NCBI GenBank assembly: GCA_963765495.1 | Contig: CAVXWP010000016.1 | Span: 256,001 to 320,000 of the forward strand | Length of the DNA: 64,000 bases | Direction of reading: 5' to 3' | Source of the DNA: Blastocatellia bacterium | GTDB lineage: Bacteria > Acidobacteriota > Blastocatellia > UBA7656 | Shown: positions 25,775 to 34,612 of the stretch, piece after piece | Layout of the letters: the number at the start of each line of letters is the position of its first letter | Numbering within the stretch: the stretch's first letter is position 1 | The notes under the pieces: generated by a model | Databases searched by the model: none | What the model was told of the DNA's origin: nothing | Seen by the model: only the letters and a program-made list of their open reading frames with translations | Program-made: the position numbers and the translations under genes

Positions 25775-28282
25775 GTGAACTTAAAACAGATATTTCGGGT
25801 CGCGGTGTGTGCGGCCCTCATTGCGGTGTTCATCGGCGCGGGATTCTTTCCGGCGCAATCGGCAGCCGGGCAGGTAATCGGGCAAGTAACCAGCCCTCTC
25901 ACCTTGCAAGGCGCGGCGGCAATCGATCAATTGAAACAGGACGGCCAGTACGATTTATTGCAAACAGCGCTGGATCAGGCGCGCTTGAGCGTAAGCCGCG
26001 CAGAGAATACGCCGCTTGGACGTTGGGCCTGGCACGCGCCCAACCAGGCGGCGGGTTATGACGCTTACATCACCGAAAAGGGTGTGAGCATCGCCGTAAA
26101 CGATGGGGCGTATGTCAGCCTCAGTCTGCACAGCCTCGGTTACGGCGCGGCGTTGCGAGAGGTCGCGCCCGGCGAAGTCAGCGGCGACAAACAGACGATC
26201 AACATCGCACGCGACGGTGGCGTGAGGGAATGGTACGTCAACGGACCGGACGGGTTGGAGCAGGGCTTTACACTAGCGGAATCGCCGGGTGCGCAGCAGG
26301 CGGGCGAGCCGTTGCGTCTGACCTTGCAAGTAAGCGACGACTGGCGGGCGGCGGCGAGCGAAGACGGACAGGGGGTCACGTTGCGAAGCGCGGACGGGCA
26401 GGCGGTCGAATACAGCAAACTGGTCGTGCGCGACAGCCTTGAGCGCACTATCCCTGCGCGGCTTGCGGTCGCCAAAGAAGGGGTCGTCATCGAGGTGGAA
26501 GACAGCGATGCCACATATCCGCTGACGATTGATCCGACTTTCACCTTGCAACAGAAACTGCTCGCGCCGGATGGGGCGGCCCGTGATGCCTTTGGCCTTG
26601 CGGTCGCGGTCTACGGCAACACGGTGGTGGTCGGCGCGTACGCGGCCACTATTGGCGCGAAATTCTATCAAGGAGCGGCCTACGTCTTCACGCGCAGCGG
26701 CACTACCTGGACGCAACAACAGAAACTCACGGCCAGCGACGGCGCATCGGGTGATCAGTTCGGCTCTGAGGTCGCGATCAGCGGCGACACGGTGGTGGTC
26801 GGCGCTAACCGCGATACCATTGACGGGAGGGCAGATCAAGGTTCGGCCTATGTCTTCACACGCAGCGGCACTACCTGGACGCAACAACAGAAACTCACGG
26901 CCTTCGACGGCGCGGCGTCTGAGTTCTTCGGCTCTGCGATCGCGATCTACGGCGACACAGTGGTGTTCGGTGTGGCCCATACTGAGATCAATCAGCACGT
27001 CCATCAGGGTTCGGCCTATGTCTTCAAACGCAGTGGCACGACCTGGACGGTTCAACAGAAACTCACCGCCAGCGACGGCGCATGGGATGATTGGTTCGGC
27101 ATCTCGGTCGCGATCTACGGCGACACGATAGCGGTGGGCGCATATAGCGACTTTATCACGTACGTAGATCAAGGTTCGGTTTACATCTTCACGCGCAGCG
27201 GCACCTACTGGACTCAGCAACAGAGAATTACCGCCAGCGATCCCGCGGAGGCTGATTTTTTCGGCAGATCTGTCGCGCTGAGCAATGACACGCTGGTAGT
27301 CGGCACGCCTGATCACGACAATGGCACGAACTACTATCAAGGAGCGATCTACATCTTCACGCGCAACGGCGCGGGCTGGACGGAGCTACAGGAACTCAGG
27401 GCCGCCGATGGCGAGGCGTTTGATAGCTTCGGCATCTCGGTTGCGATCAGCGGCGACACCATGGTGGTTGGCGCTGATGGTGACGGCAATGGCTTGAACA
27501 CCGATCAAGGTTCGGCCTATGTCTTCACGCGCAGCTACGGGTACTGGTCGCAGCGCCAGAAACTCACGGCCAGCGACGGCGCAAAGGATGATACCTTTGG
27601 CATCTCGGTCGCGATCAGCGACGATACCCTGGTGGCGGGCGCCTTCAGCGACGACATCAACGCGAATATCGATCAAGGCTCGGCTTATGTCTTCTACCGC
27701 GCACCCTGCTCGACCTTTGTGTTCTCGCCAGCCTTTCTTTCTGATGGTCTCAAAGGTCAACCGTATCAGCAATGGGTGACGATCTCCAACGGCGGAGGGC
27801 CATATCATTTCGCCCGCAGCAGCGGCACATTGCCGCCCGGCATATCACTATCATCCTCCGGCTTTCTGTCGGGCACGCCGACGACGGCGGGCACGTATCA
27901 ATTCACGCTCACCGCGACCGACTTGAACACCCTTTGTTCCGGCAGTCGCACTTACACTCTCACGGTCGCATCCTGCCCCACGTTGGTCCTCGATCCGCCC
28001 GACATACCCAATGGAGCGATGGGCACGCCGTACAGCTATACGCTGGCGGTGCTGGGCGGCAGGCCGCCTTACACCTTTGCCGCGAAGGGCAAGACACCCG
28101 GGCTGAGCATGAGCGCGGACGGCGTCCTTAGCGGCACGCCCACAATGGTGGGTAATTTCCCCTTCACTCTAGTAATCAGTGACGTGAATGGCTGTTCCTC
28201 GACGTTGGCTTGCGCCATCACGATCACAGAATCGGACGGCGGAAGCTCCGTCGCGTCGCGCCCCGGGAGCGGCAAGCGGTAG
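25775..28282 (+). CDS. Secreted FG-GAP (integrin-like beta-propeller) repeat protein with two putative Ig (He_PIG) domains
   Basis: Signal peptide; about 7 repeats of QQKLTASDG..D.FG.SVAISGDT.VVGA...QGSAYVF; LPPGISLSSSGFLSGTPT Ig repeats; GTG start with AAGGAG RBS. Confidence 0.9.
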   Translation: MNLKQIFRVAVCAALIAVFIGAGFFPAQSAAGQVIGQVTSPLTLQGAAAIDQLKQDGQYDLLQTALDQARLSVSRAENTPLGRWAWHAPNQAAGYDAYITEKGVSIAVNDGAYVSLSLHSLGYGAALREVAPGEVSGDKQTINIARDGGVREWYVNGPDGLEQGFTLAESPGAQQAGEPLRLTLQVSDDWRAAASEDGQGVTLRSADGQAVEYSKLVVRDSLERTIPARLAVAKEGVVIEVEDSDATYPLTIDPTFTLQQKLLAPDGAARDAFGLAVAVYGNTVVVGAYAATIGAKFYQGAAYVFTRSGTTWTQQQKLTASDGASGDQFGSEVAISGDTVVVGANRDTIDGRADQGSAYVFTRSGTTWTQQQKLTAFDGAASEFFGSAIAIYGDTVVFGVAHTEINQHVHQGSAYVFKRSGTTWTVQQKLTASDGAWDDWFGISVAIYGDTIAVGAYSDFITYVDQGSVYIFTRSGTYWTQQQRITASDPAEADFFGRSVALSNDTLVVGTPDHDNGTNYYQGAIYIFTRNGAGWTELQELRAADGEAFDSFGISVAISGDTMVVGADGDGNGLNTDQGSAYVFTRSYGYWSQRQKLTASDGAKDDTFGISVAISDDTLVAGAFSDDINANIDQGSAYVFYRAPCSTFVFSPAFLSDGLKGQPYQQWVTISNGGGPYHFARSSGTLPPGISLSSSGFLSGTPTTAGTYQFTLTATDLNTLCSGSRTYTLTVASCPTLVLDPPDIPNGAMGTPYSYTLAVLGGRPPYTFAAKGKTPGLSMSADGVLSGTPTMVGNFPFTLVISDVNGCSSTLACAITITESDGGSSVASRPGSGKR

Positions 28283-28385
28283 ACAGTTTGTTTTAAGCCC
28301 ACCACGCGGCGACGTTAAGTCCCACCACCATTGGGTGGTGGGACTCCTCCTCGCCAACTTAGCGTTTGCACAACGGGTTGAATCC

Positions 28386-28555
28386 AAACAAATCCATGCT
28401 CGCAGGCGGACGCGGGCACAACAGAATAGAAGGAGAGTATTGTGAACTTAAAACAGATATTTCGGGTCGCGGTGTGTGCGGCCCTCATTGCGGTGTTTGT
28501 CGGCGGCGCGGAATTGTTCCCGGCGCAATCGGCGGCCGGGCAGGAAACCTCGGAA
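28386..28555 (+). pseudogene. Duplicated leader + signal-peptide stub of an FG-GAP paralog, truncated
   Basis: 28386-28497 is identical to 25719-25830 (112 bp). Similarity continues to ...GCCGGGCAGG, then breaks next to the stop codon of the convergent CHAT gene. Confidence 0.8.
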
Positions 28556-31492
28556 TCACCTGCCGTCGCCTACCAGCACGAACCCCGCCCAGTAAAATGG
28601 ATGGCGGGTATCTGCCTTCTTCATCAGCTTCAATGCTGCTTGTCGCAAGGCCTCTGTCTTTGTTGGTTTTGCCTTCCCGGCTACTGGCTGGGTGATCAGG
28701 GCGCGATGGAAACTCACCATCAGGTCCCGTGTGCCAGCGGATTCGACCTTCCACTGACTGACAACGATTGAGGGCACACCGGCGATAAACATCGCCCAGC
28801 TTAACCCGATCATGCCTTCGCCCGCGCCGATGCGTCCGCGCGCCGTTTCGCAGGCGGAGAGCACGGCCAGTTCGGCTTTCAAATCAAGCTGCATCAGTTC
28901 CCAGGCTTCGAGCAACCCATCTTCATTTGGGCCGCCCTGCGCAAGCACGAGATGTGAATACATCGGCGAGGCATTATTGAGCGTGCCGTGCGTGGCGAAG
29001 TGAAGGATTCTTGCCTGACCCGCCTCGCTCTTGACGCGGTCTTCGCGGGCTTCCGCGCCGATGTAGACCTTGCTTCGCGACGTACCATACAATTGCCTCA
29101 GCGCCTTGACTTCCTGTTCGGCCTCCGGCAGCGGGTCGAGTTTTCCATCGCGCAGCGTGAGCGCCGCGCGGTTAATCGTCTCTTTGTCGAGCAGCGGGTT
29201 GCCCAGCGCCAGCAATGTTGCGGAAGCCGCATCCCGGTCCTGATACTTCGATCGCCTCGTCATTTCACGAAGCACCGTAAGCGATGGCGCATAAGCGATA
29301 GCGGCGTCCTCGATCAGAAAGCGATTTGGGCCCGCGAGCAGCGCCTGAAACGGCAGGTCCCACAAGGTATCGTCCGGCGATATGATGAGATTGGTTTTGC
29401 CCCGAAGCTGCGCCTCGGCCGGTTTGAGCAGTAGTTTGTATAGCTTGCCGGCCGAATTGCGAAAGCCCAGATCGCGTCCGGCAAGTTGGCCGCGAAAGGT
29501 TTCAATCTGTCGGGCGAGTTCATCCCGTTTGATCGGCAGTGTGTAGACCCTGACATCCGCTTCCGCATTCGCGTCCGCCTTTGTGACGGCAAACAGATAT
29601 GTCTGGTCATTGCCGACTACGTATTCAAAAAGCGCGCTCGCCCCGTCTGGCAGCAAGGTCGCGAGTTCTTCCGCTTTTATGATCGGGGCTTCGCCACGGT
29701 GGACCTTCAGTTCAGGATGCGCTACGTAGAGCGTGGTCTCGAAGTCTTCGAACCCCAGTCGGGCCTTCTCAATATTTGCTCTCAACTCAGTCACGCGCGA
29801 GGAATCGGACTTCTCTTGCCGGAGTTCGCTCGTGAGTTGCGAACTGAGCGAAACAAGTTGGAGACGCTGCTCCTCTTCAGCTTGCTGCTCCTGCGGTGAA
29901 AGCGATTTGTGAAGGCTTGTGCGACCCGCCTGAAGCGCGTCGAGCAGCACTCGCGCCTTTGACTGTTCAGCAAAGGTAAGGGCTTCGGCGTATTCTTTTT
30001 GCGAGACGAGCAGATCAATCATGCCGAGCCACGGCGAGAGTCTGTTTTCAAGAAAGCTTTGTTGCTGTTGTTCGCCCCCGGCAACCTCGCGGCGCAGATA
30101 TTCGATGGTGGCGATGGCGGCGAGAAAATTCAGGCGAGCTTCTACGGGCTGGCCAAGCGCCCAAAGGGCTCTGCCGATGCGATCCTGGGCGGTCCAGAGT
30201 TCTTCGCGGCCGTTGATCTCCTCGGCAAGGCTTGCGGCGCGGCGACTCACATCAAGCATGTCTTTGTATCTGCCCTGATCCTGATAGAGCTGACCGAGGT
30301 TATTCAGCGTCAGTGAAATCCCTCCCCGGTCGCGGTTCTCCTCGCGTAACCGGAGGCTTTTCTGGAGACATTCCAGCGCCTCATCATAGCGCCCCTGCAT
30401 ACGATAAACATCGCCGATATTATTCAGACTCCTCGCTTCGCCCCCCCTGGCATGCATTTCCTCGTAGCGTTGCAGGCTTTTTTGCAGCCATTCCAGCGCC
30501 TGATCATAAAGTCCCTGTGACTTATAAATGACCCCGATATTGTTCTGTAAATTGGCGACTCCGAGCTTTTCGTCGTTACCTTCCAGTATCTCCAGGCTTT
30601 TGCGAGCGTATGCCAGAGCCTGATCAAGATTGCCCTGATGTCTGTAGACCATACCGATGTTTTGCAGTCGGTAGGCCAGACTTCGCTGATCACCGGCGCT
30701 CCCCATCTCTTCGATAATCTTGCGGCTCTTCTGAAGGTAATCCAGCGCCTCGGCGTAGCGCCCTTGAGAGATATAATGCGTTGCGATGTTGTTTAAGGCC
30801 AGGCTCAGCGTCGTCTTATCGTTTTGTTCTTCACTGAGTACCCGGCTCTTCTGGTAAAACTCCAGGCCGAGTTTATAATGCCCCGCTGATGTCTGAGCCA
30901 GCCCAATGTTGTTGAAAATCACTGGGACCAGGGTTTTATCTCCCCCCTCTTCGCTGAGCGCGAGACTCTTATCGTAGTATTCCAATGCCAGTTCGAAGCG
31001 GCTTTGTGATACGTAGGCAACACCTATCGCGAGCAGCGTACGCGCCTTTCCCTTCTTGTCACCGATCTCTTCAAAGATAGCGAGGCTCTTCTGAAGGTAA
31101 TCCAGGGCCTCCGTTGCGCGATTCTGACGGTTGTAGATTGACCCAAGATCAAACAAGGCACCACCCAGTGCCAGTCGATCTCCGATCCTTTCCGCGACCC
31201 GGACCGCGATATTAGAGATTCTAATCCCCTCGGCATAAACGCCTTTCAGAACCAGTGGACCGGCAAGCGCCTTCAGCGCGGCGAAGAGCGAGTTGTTTAT
31301 CAGGTCTTTTCTCTGCTCGAGCAGTTGGTCCTGCTCCTGCTCGGATTCGGCCCGCACCAGCGCCGCAGCCAGTTCGTTTACCTCTGTCGAGACGGGAGGA
31401 TCGGGGACTGCTTGCGACCGAGCCGGGGCAGGGATGATGAGGCTCAAGCTCAAAGCCAGAAGACAGAACGACACGCGGGATAGCGATGACAT
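28556..31492 (-). CDS. Exported TPR-CHAT (caspase-like) protease
   Basis: Signal peptide MSSLSRVSFCLLALSLSLIIPAPARS; about 9 TPRs (LNNIG.VY..QG.Y..AL); catalytic ILHFATHG and VLSACETA; C-terminal HPFYWAGFVLVGD. Confidence 0.93.
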   Translation of the reverse strand: MSSLSRVSFCLLALSLSLIIPAPARSQAVPDPPVSTEVNELAAALVRAESEQEQDQLLEQRKDLINNSLFAALKALAGPLVLKGVYAEGIRISNIAVRVAERIGDRLALGGALFDLGSIYNRQNRATEALDYLQKSLAIFEEIGDKKGKARTLLAIGVAYVSQSRFELALEYYDKSLALSEEGGDKTLVPVIFNNIGLAQTSAGHYKLGLEFYQKSRVLSEEQNDKTTLSLALNNIATHYISQGRYAEALDYLQKSRKIIEEMGSAGDQRSLAYRLQNIGMVYRHQGNLDQALAYARKSLEILEGNDEKLGVANLQNNIGVIYKSQGLYDQALEWLQKSLQRYEEMHARGGEARSLNNIGDVYRMQGRYDEALECLQKSLRLREENRDRGGISLTLNNLGQLYQDQGRYKDMLDVSRRAASLAEEINGREELWTAQDRIGRALWALGQPVEARLNFLAAIATIEYLRREVAGGEQQQQSFLENRLSPWLGMIDLLVSQKEYAEALTFAEQSKARVLLDALQAGRTSLHKSLSPQEQQAEEEQRLQLVSLSSQLTSELRQEKSDSSRVTELRANIEKARLGFEDFETTLYVAHPELKVHRGEAPIIKAEELATLLPDGASALFEYVVGNDQTYLFAVTKADANAEADVRVYTLPIKRDELARQIETFRGQLAGRDLGFRNSAGKLYKLLLKPAEAQLRGKTNLIISPDDTLWDLPFQALLAGPNRFLIEDAAIAYAPSLTVLREMTRRSKYQDRDAASATLLALGNPLLDKETINRAALTLRDGKLDPLPEAEQEVKALRQLYGTSRSKVYIGAEAREDRVKSEAGQARILHFATHGTLNNASPMYSHLVLAQGGPNEDGLLEAWELMQLDLKAELAVLSACETARGRIGAGEGMIGLSWAMFIAGVPSIVVSQWKVESAGTRDLMVSFHRALITQPVAGKAKPTKTEALRQAALKLMKKADTRHPFYWAGFVLVGDGR

Positions 31493-31655
31493 ACAACACA
31501 CTCCCTTCCAGTTGGACTGCGCACCCGAAATCAAACCCTGCGGGAAGTAATAATACAAGTCTGCCGCGTGAAAAGAAAAGGCAGGCATCGACAGGCTGTC
31601 TTTTCGATTATTGGAGGCGATTCTCCGATCACAAAAAAAATATTCCAGCCAGCGG

Positions 31656-31681
31656 TAATATCGCGGCTAGTTCAGCAACTT
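31656..31681 (+). promoter_or_regulatory. Bipartite motif TAATA-N12-CAGCAACTT, copy 3
   Basis: Between the divergent CHAT and methyltransferase genes. Confidence 0.45.
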
Positions 31682-31860
31682 TCCCTTTTTGGCACTCATA
31701 GCGAATGCCGATTCGGTGAAAAGGGATAAGTTGATATGGTCGGATTTCCATTGATTGTTCTCTTCGTTGCCAGGTTAGCCGCTCACAACTATGAGCATCT
31801 TCAGCGAATTGATTCGTTGCTTAGCCCTGATCCCATTTAATCATTTTAGAAGGAGAGAGA

Positions 31861-32685
31861 ATGAGTACAGGAATCACTTCCGTTACGGAACTGTCAGCTT
31901 TGAAGGCCCGGCTGAAGGCCACCTGGATGTCGGGCGATTTCGACAAAATCGCCCAGGTCATTGTGGCGGGCGGCGAAAATTTCATCGCCCGCTTACGGCT
32001 AACACCCGGTGCCCGCGTGCTTGATGTAGCTTGCGGCACAGGCAATCTATCCCTACCGGCAGCGCACGCGGGCGCCGTTGTGACCGGGGTCGATATCGCG
32101 CCAAACTCGCTGGCAACGGCGCGCGCACGAGCGCAAGCCGAGGGTGTCCAAATCCAATTTGACGAAGGCGACGCCGAAGCCCTGCCTTACGCAGATGCCG
32201 CTTTCGATGAAGTCGTGACGATGTTCGGCTCTATGTTCGCTCCGCAACCTCATATGGTCACGGCGGAGATGGCGCGTGTCTGCCGACCCGGCGGGCGCGT
32301 GACAATGGCGAACTGGACACCGGCGGGCTTTATAGGTCAGTTCTTCAAAGTCACAAGCCAGCATGTGCCGCCGCCGCCGATGCCCTCGCCCTTGTTGTGG
32401 GGCGATGAAGCCACGGTGCGCGAACGCCTGAACGACGGCTTTACCCACCTGCGATTGACCCGCCGTCATCTCATAATGGCCTTTCCATTTACACCGCCCG
32501 ATACGGTCGAGTTTTTCCGCGTCTGGTACGGCCCCACGCAGCGCACGTTTGCTGCGTTGGATGAAGCGGGAAAGGCCGCCTTACGCCGTGATCTGGAACA
32601 ACTTTGGACCGAGCAGAACTGCGACACGGGCGGCACGACGCGCGTCATTGCCGAATACCTGGAAGTCAGCGCCACGCGTGCCTGA
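31861..32685 (+). CDS. Class I SAM-dependent methyltransferase
   Basis: VLDVACGTG motif I, EGDAEALPY, RVCRPGG; RBS AAGGAG. Confidence 0.92.
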   Translation: MSTGITSVTELSALKARLKATWMSGDFDKIAQVIVAGGENFIARLRLTPGARVLDVACGTGNLSLPAAHAGAVVTGVDIAPNSLATARARAQAEGVQIQFDEGDAEALPYADAAFDEVVTMFGSMFAPQPHMVTAEMARVCRPGGRVTMANWTPAGFIGQFFKVTSQHVPPPPMPSPLLWGDEATVRERLNDGFTHLRLTRRHLIMAFPFTPPDTVEFFRVWYGPTQRTFAALDEAGKAALRRDLEQLWTEQNCDTGGTTRVIAEYLEVSATRA

Positions 32686-32815
32686 CTCGCAAGCGCGCGA
32701 CATCTATACACAAAGATCTATACACAAAGAGGCCCTGTGTTGAACCACAACGGTAGATAGTTACCTGCCGCTATAAAGATAGAGCGGCATACAAAAGACA
32801 AAAAGGAGAAAGCCA

Positions 32816-33355
32816 ATGCGCTTAATAAAAGTGAAACGTGTTATAGCGATAGTCCTTATGCTCAGCGTTGCCGGGGTCGTCGGCTTCGCACGCACTGACA
32901 ATCCCCCCTCGGATGAGGATATTGATTTTGCCGTGCGGACCAGCGATCTCATGCTCAACGAACTGGTAGCCGCGCTCTTCAAGGAGTTCGATGAAACGAC
33001 TCCGCAAAACGTCGGAGAGGGCAAACACGCCATCTCGCTCATCTTCAACAACAACAACCGGGATATGCGGTTGATCGGCACCTTCGGCCCGCTCCTCGGG
33101 GGAAACAACGATCTCCCCAACGACGTCTTCGAGCAGACTGCGCTCGAACTCGCGCTCGATGGGCAAACGCACACTGCCGTCGAGCACTTTAACAACCGCT
33201 GGTACTATCGTCGCTCGATCCCTTTGAGCAATACCTTCCACCAGAGCTGTGCGCTTTGCCACACGAATTTCACCGAGAAGTTCTTTAAGAGGACACACAA
33301 TCCGGGGCAATGGGTGGGCGCGCTCACGCTAAGGGTCCCGATAGAGAATGACTAA
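32816..33355 (+). CDS. Exported c-type heme protein (DUF3365/Tll0287-like)
   Basis: Signal peptide; NDLPNDVFEQTALE, YYRRSIPL...CALCH, GALTLRVPI. Confidence 0.75.
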   Translation: MRLIKVKRVIAIVLMLSVAGVVGFARTDNPPSDEDIDFAVRTSDLMLNELVAALFKEFDETTPQNVGEGKHAISLIFNNNNRDMRLIGTFGPLLGGNNDLPNDVFEQTALELALDGQTHTAVEHFNNRWYYRRSIPLSNTFHQSCALCHTNFTEKFFKRTHNPGQWVGALTLRVPIEND

Positions 33356-33361
33356 ATCAAG

Positions 33362-33492
33362 ACTTACAGGATTGGAAGAGATGAAAATAATTCGTGATGT
33401 GTGAAGAGCGAGAAAGAATTTGACCGCGATTAACAAGATTTACAGGGTGTTCCCGATCATCCTCATCAATCTTGTTAATCCTGTCAAAAAAA
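33362..33492. repeat. ACAGGATT/AATCCTGT palindromic element, copy 2 (degenerate)
   Basis: TTAACAAGATTTACAGG ... AATCTTGTTAATCCTGTCAAAAAA. Confidence 0.65.
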
Positions 33493-33781
33493 ATCAGCTC
33501 CTCACACACACTTTCATCTGTACCAATCTCTTGCGGTTTGATTTAGATACTATTGACGTATTGATGCAAGCCCCGGTCTATTCGAATAACTTCATCACAT
33601 TGAGGCGACCACACTGTACGAGGTTACGGGCCATATCGAGACAGAAAATTTATTCTGCAAGGGTGTAGCGCTCGGGGCCGTTTTGCTGTATAAATATCTG
33701 GCCTTAGAACTTTCGCCATTCTCAAAGCGTAGATTGGCCAGAGTCTTTTGACTCTTACACCCATATCAGGAGAAGGAAAAC

Positions 33782-34507
33782 ATGCAGTTTAGAAAGATTA
33801 TACCTCTGCTGGTTATCGTGTTGCTGATTGCAGCCGTATCAGCCGTATCAGCAGCAACCTATAACAAGCCGGTCAATCAGGCAGATGATCGGGTCTCGGG
33901 CAAATATCAAGGCGTGGCCAAGAGCGCACAGATGGGCGACATCCCGCTCACGGTCGAGATAAAGAATACCGAGGGTAAGCTCTCGGGTCAGATTGAGACC
34001 CCGCAAGGCCCTGCCCCGATCACGGGGGGGACATTCGCCGACGGAAAGCTCATGATGAAATTCGATGCCGGCGGAACCGAAGGAACCGTCACGGCTATGC
34101 TTAAGGAAAACGTAATCACAGGCGACTGGGAACTTGGCGGCCAGACAGGCACCCTCGAACTGAAAAGGTCCGATATGGGTGAGATGGCCAAAAAGGAAGA
34201 GATGAAGCCGATGATGGGCGATCCCATTTCCGGCGAATGGGATGCCACAGCCGACGCTCAGGGACAGAGCATTCCTTTCACTCTTACGCTCAAGCTGGAT
34301 GGCGAAAAGGTCACAGGTCAAAGCAGCGGCCAGGCAGGTGATGCGACCATCAACAGCGGAAGCTGGAAGGCTGACGTATTGACCATTTCGCTCGATACGC
34401 CAAACGGGCCAATAGTCCTGACGGCAAAACTCACGGACGGCAAACTCGTGGGCGAATACGATTTCGCCAGCCAGTTCAAGGGACCGTGGGAAGCAAAGAA
34501 GAAGTGA
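33782..34507 (+). CDS. Exported hypothetical protein with two internal beta-rich repeats
   Basis: Signal peptide; two similar domains (VSGKY..IPLTVEIK...LSGQ / ISGEW..IPFTLTLK...VTGQ). Confidence 0.8.
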   Translation: MQFRKIIPLLVIVLLIAAVSAVSAATYNKPVNQADDRVSGKYQGVAKSAQMGDIPLTVEIKNTEGKLSGQIETPQGPAPITGGTFADGKLMMKFDAGGTEGTVTAMLKENVITGDWELGGQTGTLELKRSDMGEMAKKEEMKPMMGDPISGEWDATADAQGQSIPFTLTLKLDGEKVTGQSSGQAGDATINSGSWKADVLTISLDTPNGPIVLTAKLTDGKLVGEYDFASQFKGPWEAKKK

Positions 34508-34515
34508 CTAATAAT

Positions 34516-34612
34516 TCGTGATGCGTGATTCGTGATTATGGGCAGCTATCTATTAACACCCACCTGCCTGAAGGTCACGAATCACGCATCACGCATCGCT
34601 TCTCACGAATCA
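34516..34612. repeat. GTGATGC/ATCACGC palindromic element, copy 3
   Basis: Arms as at 3451; also shares the inner CCTGCCTGAA(A/G)GTCACG with copy 1. Confidence 0.8.

Noticed and set aside
26548-27700. Regularly spaced DNA repeats resembling an array
   Set aside because: They are in-frame FG-GAP coding repeats, not CRISPR.
28442-28771. 109-aa ORF with a good RBS and signal peptide
   Set aside because: Only the first ~35 codons are a duplicate of the FG-GAP start; the rest is antisense to the CHAT gene.
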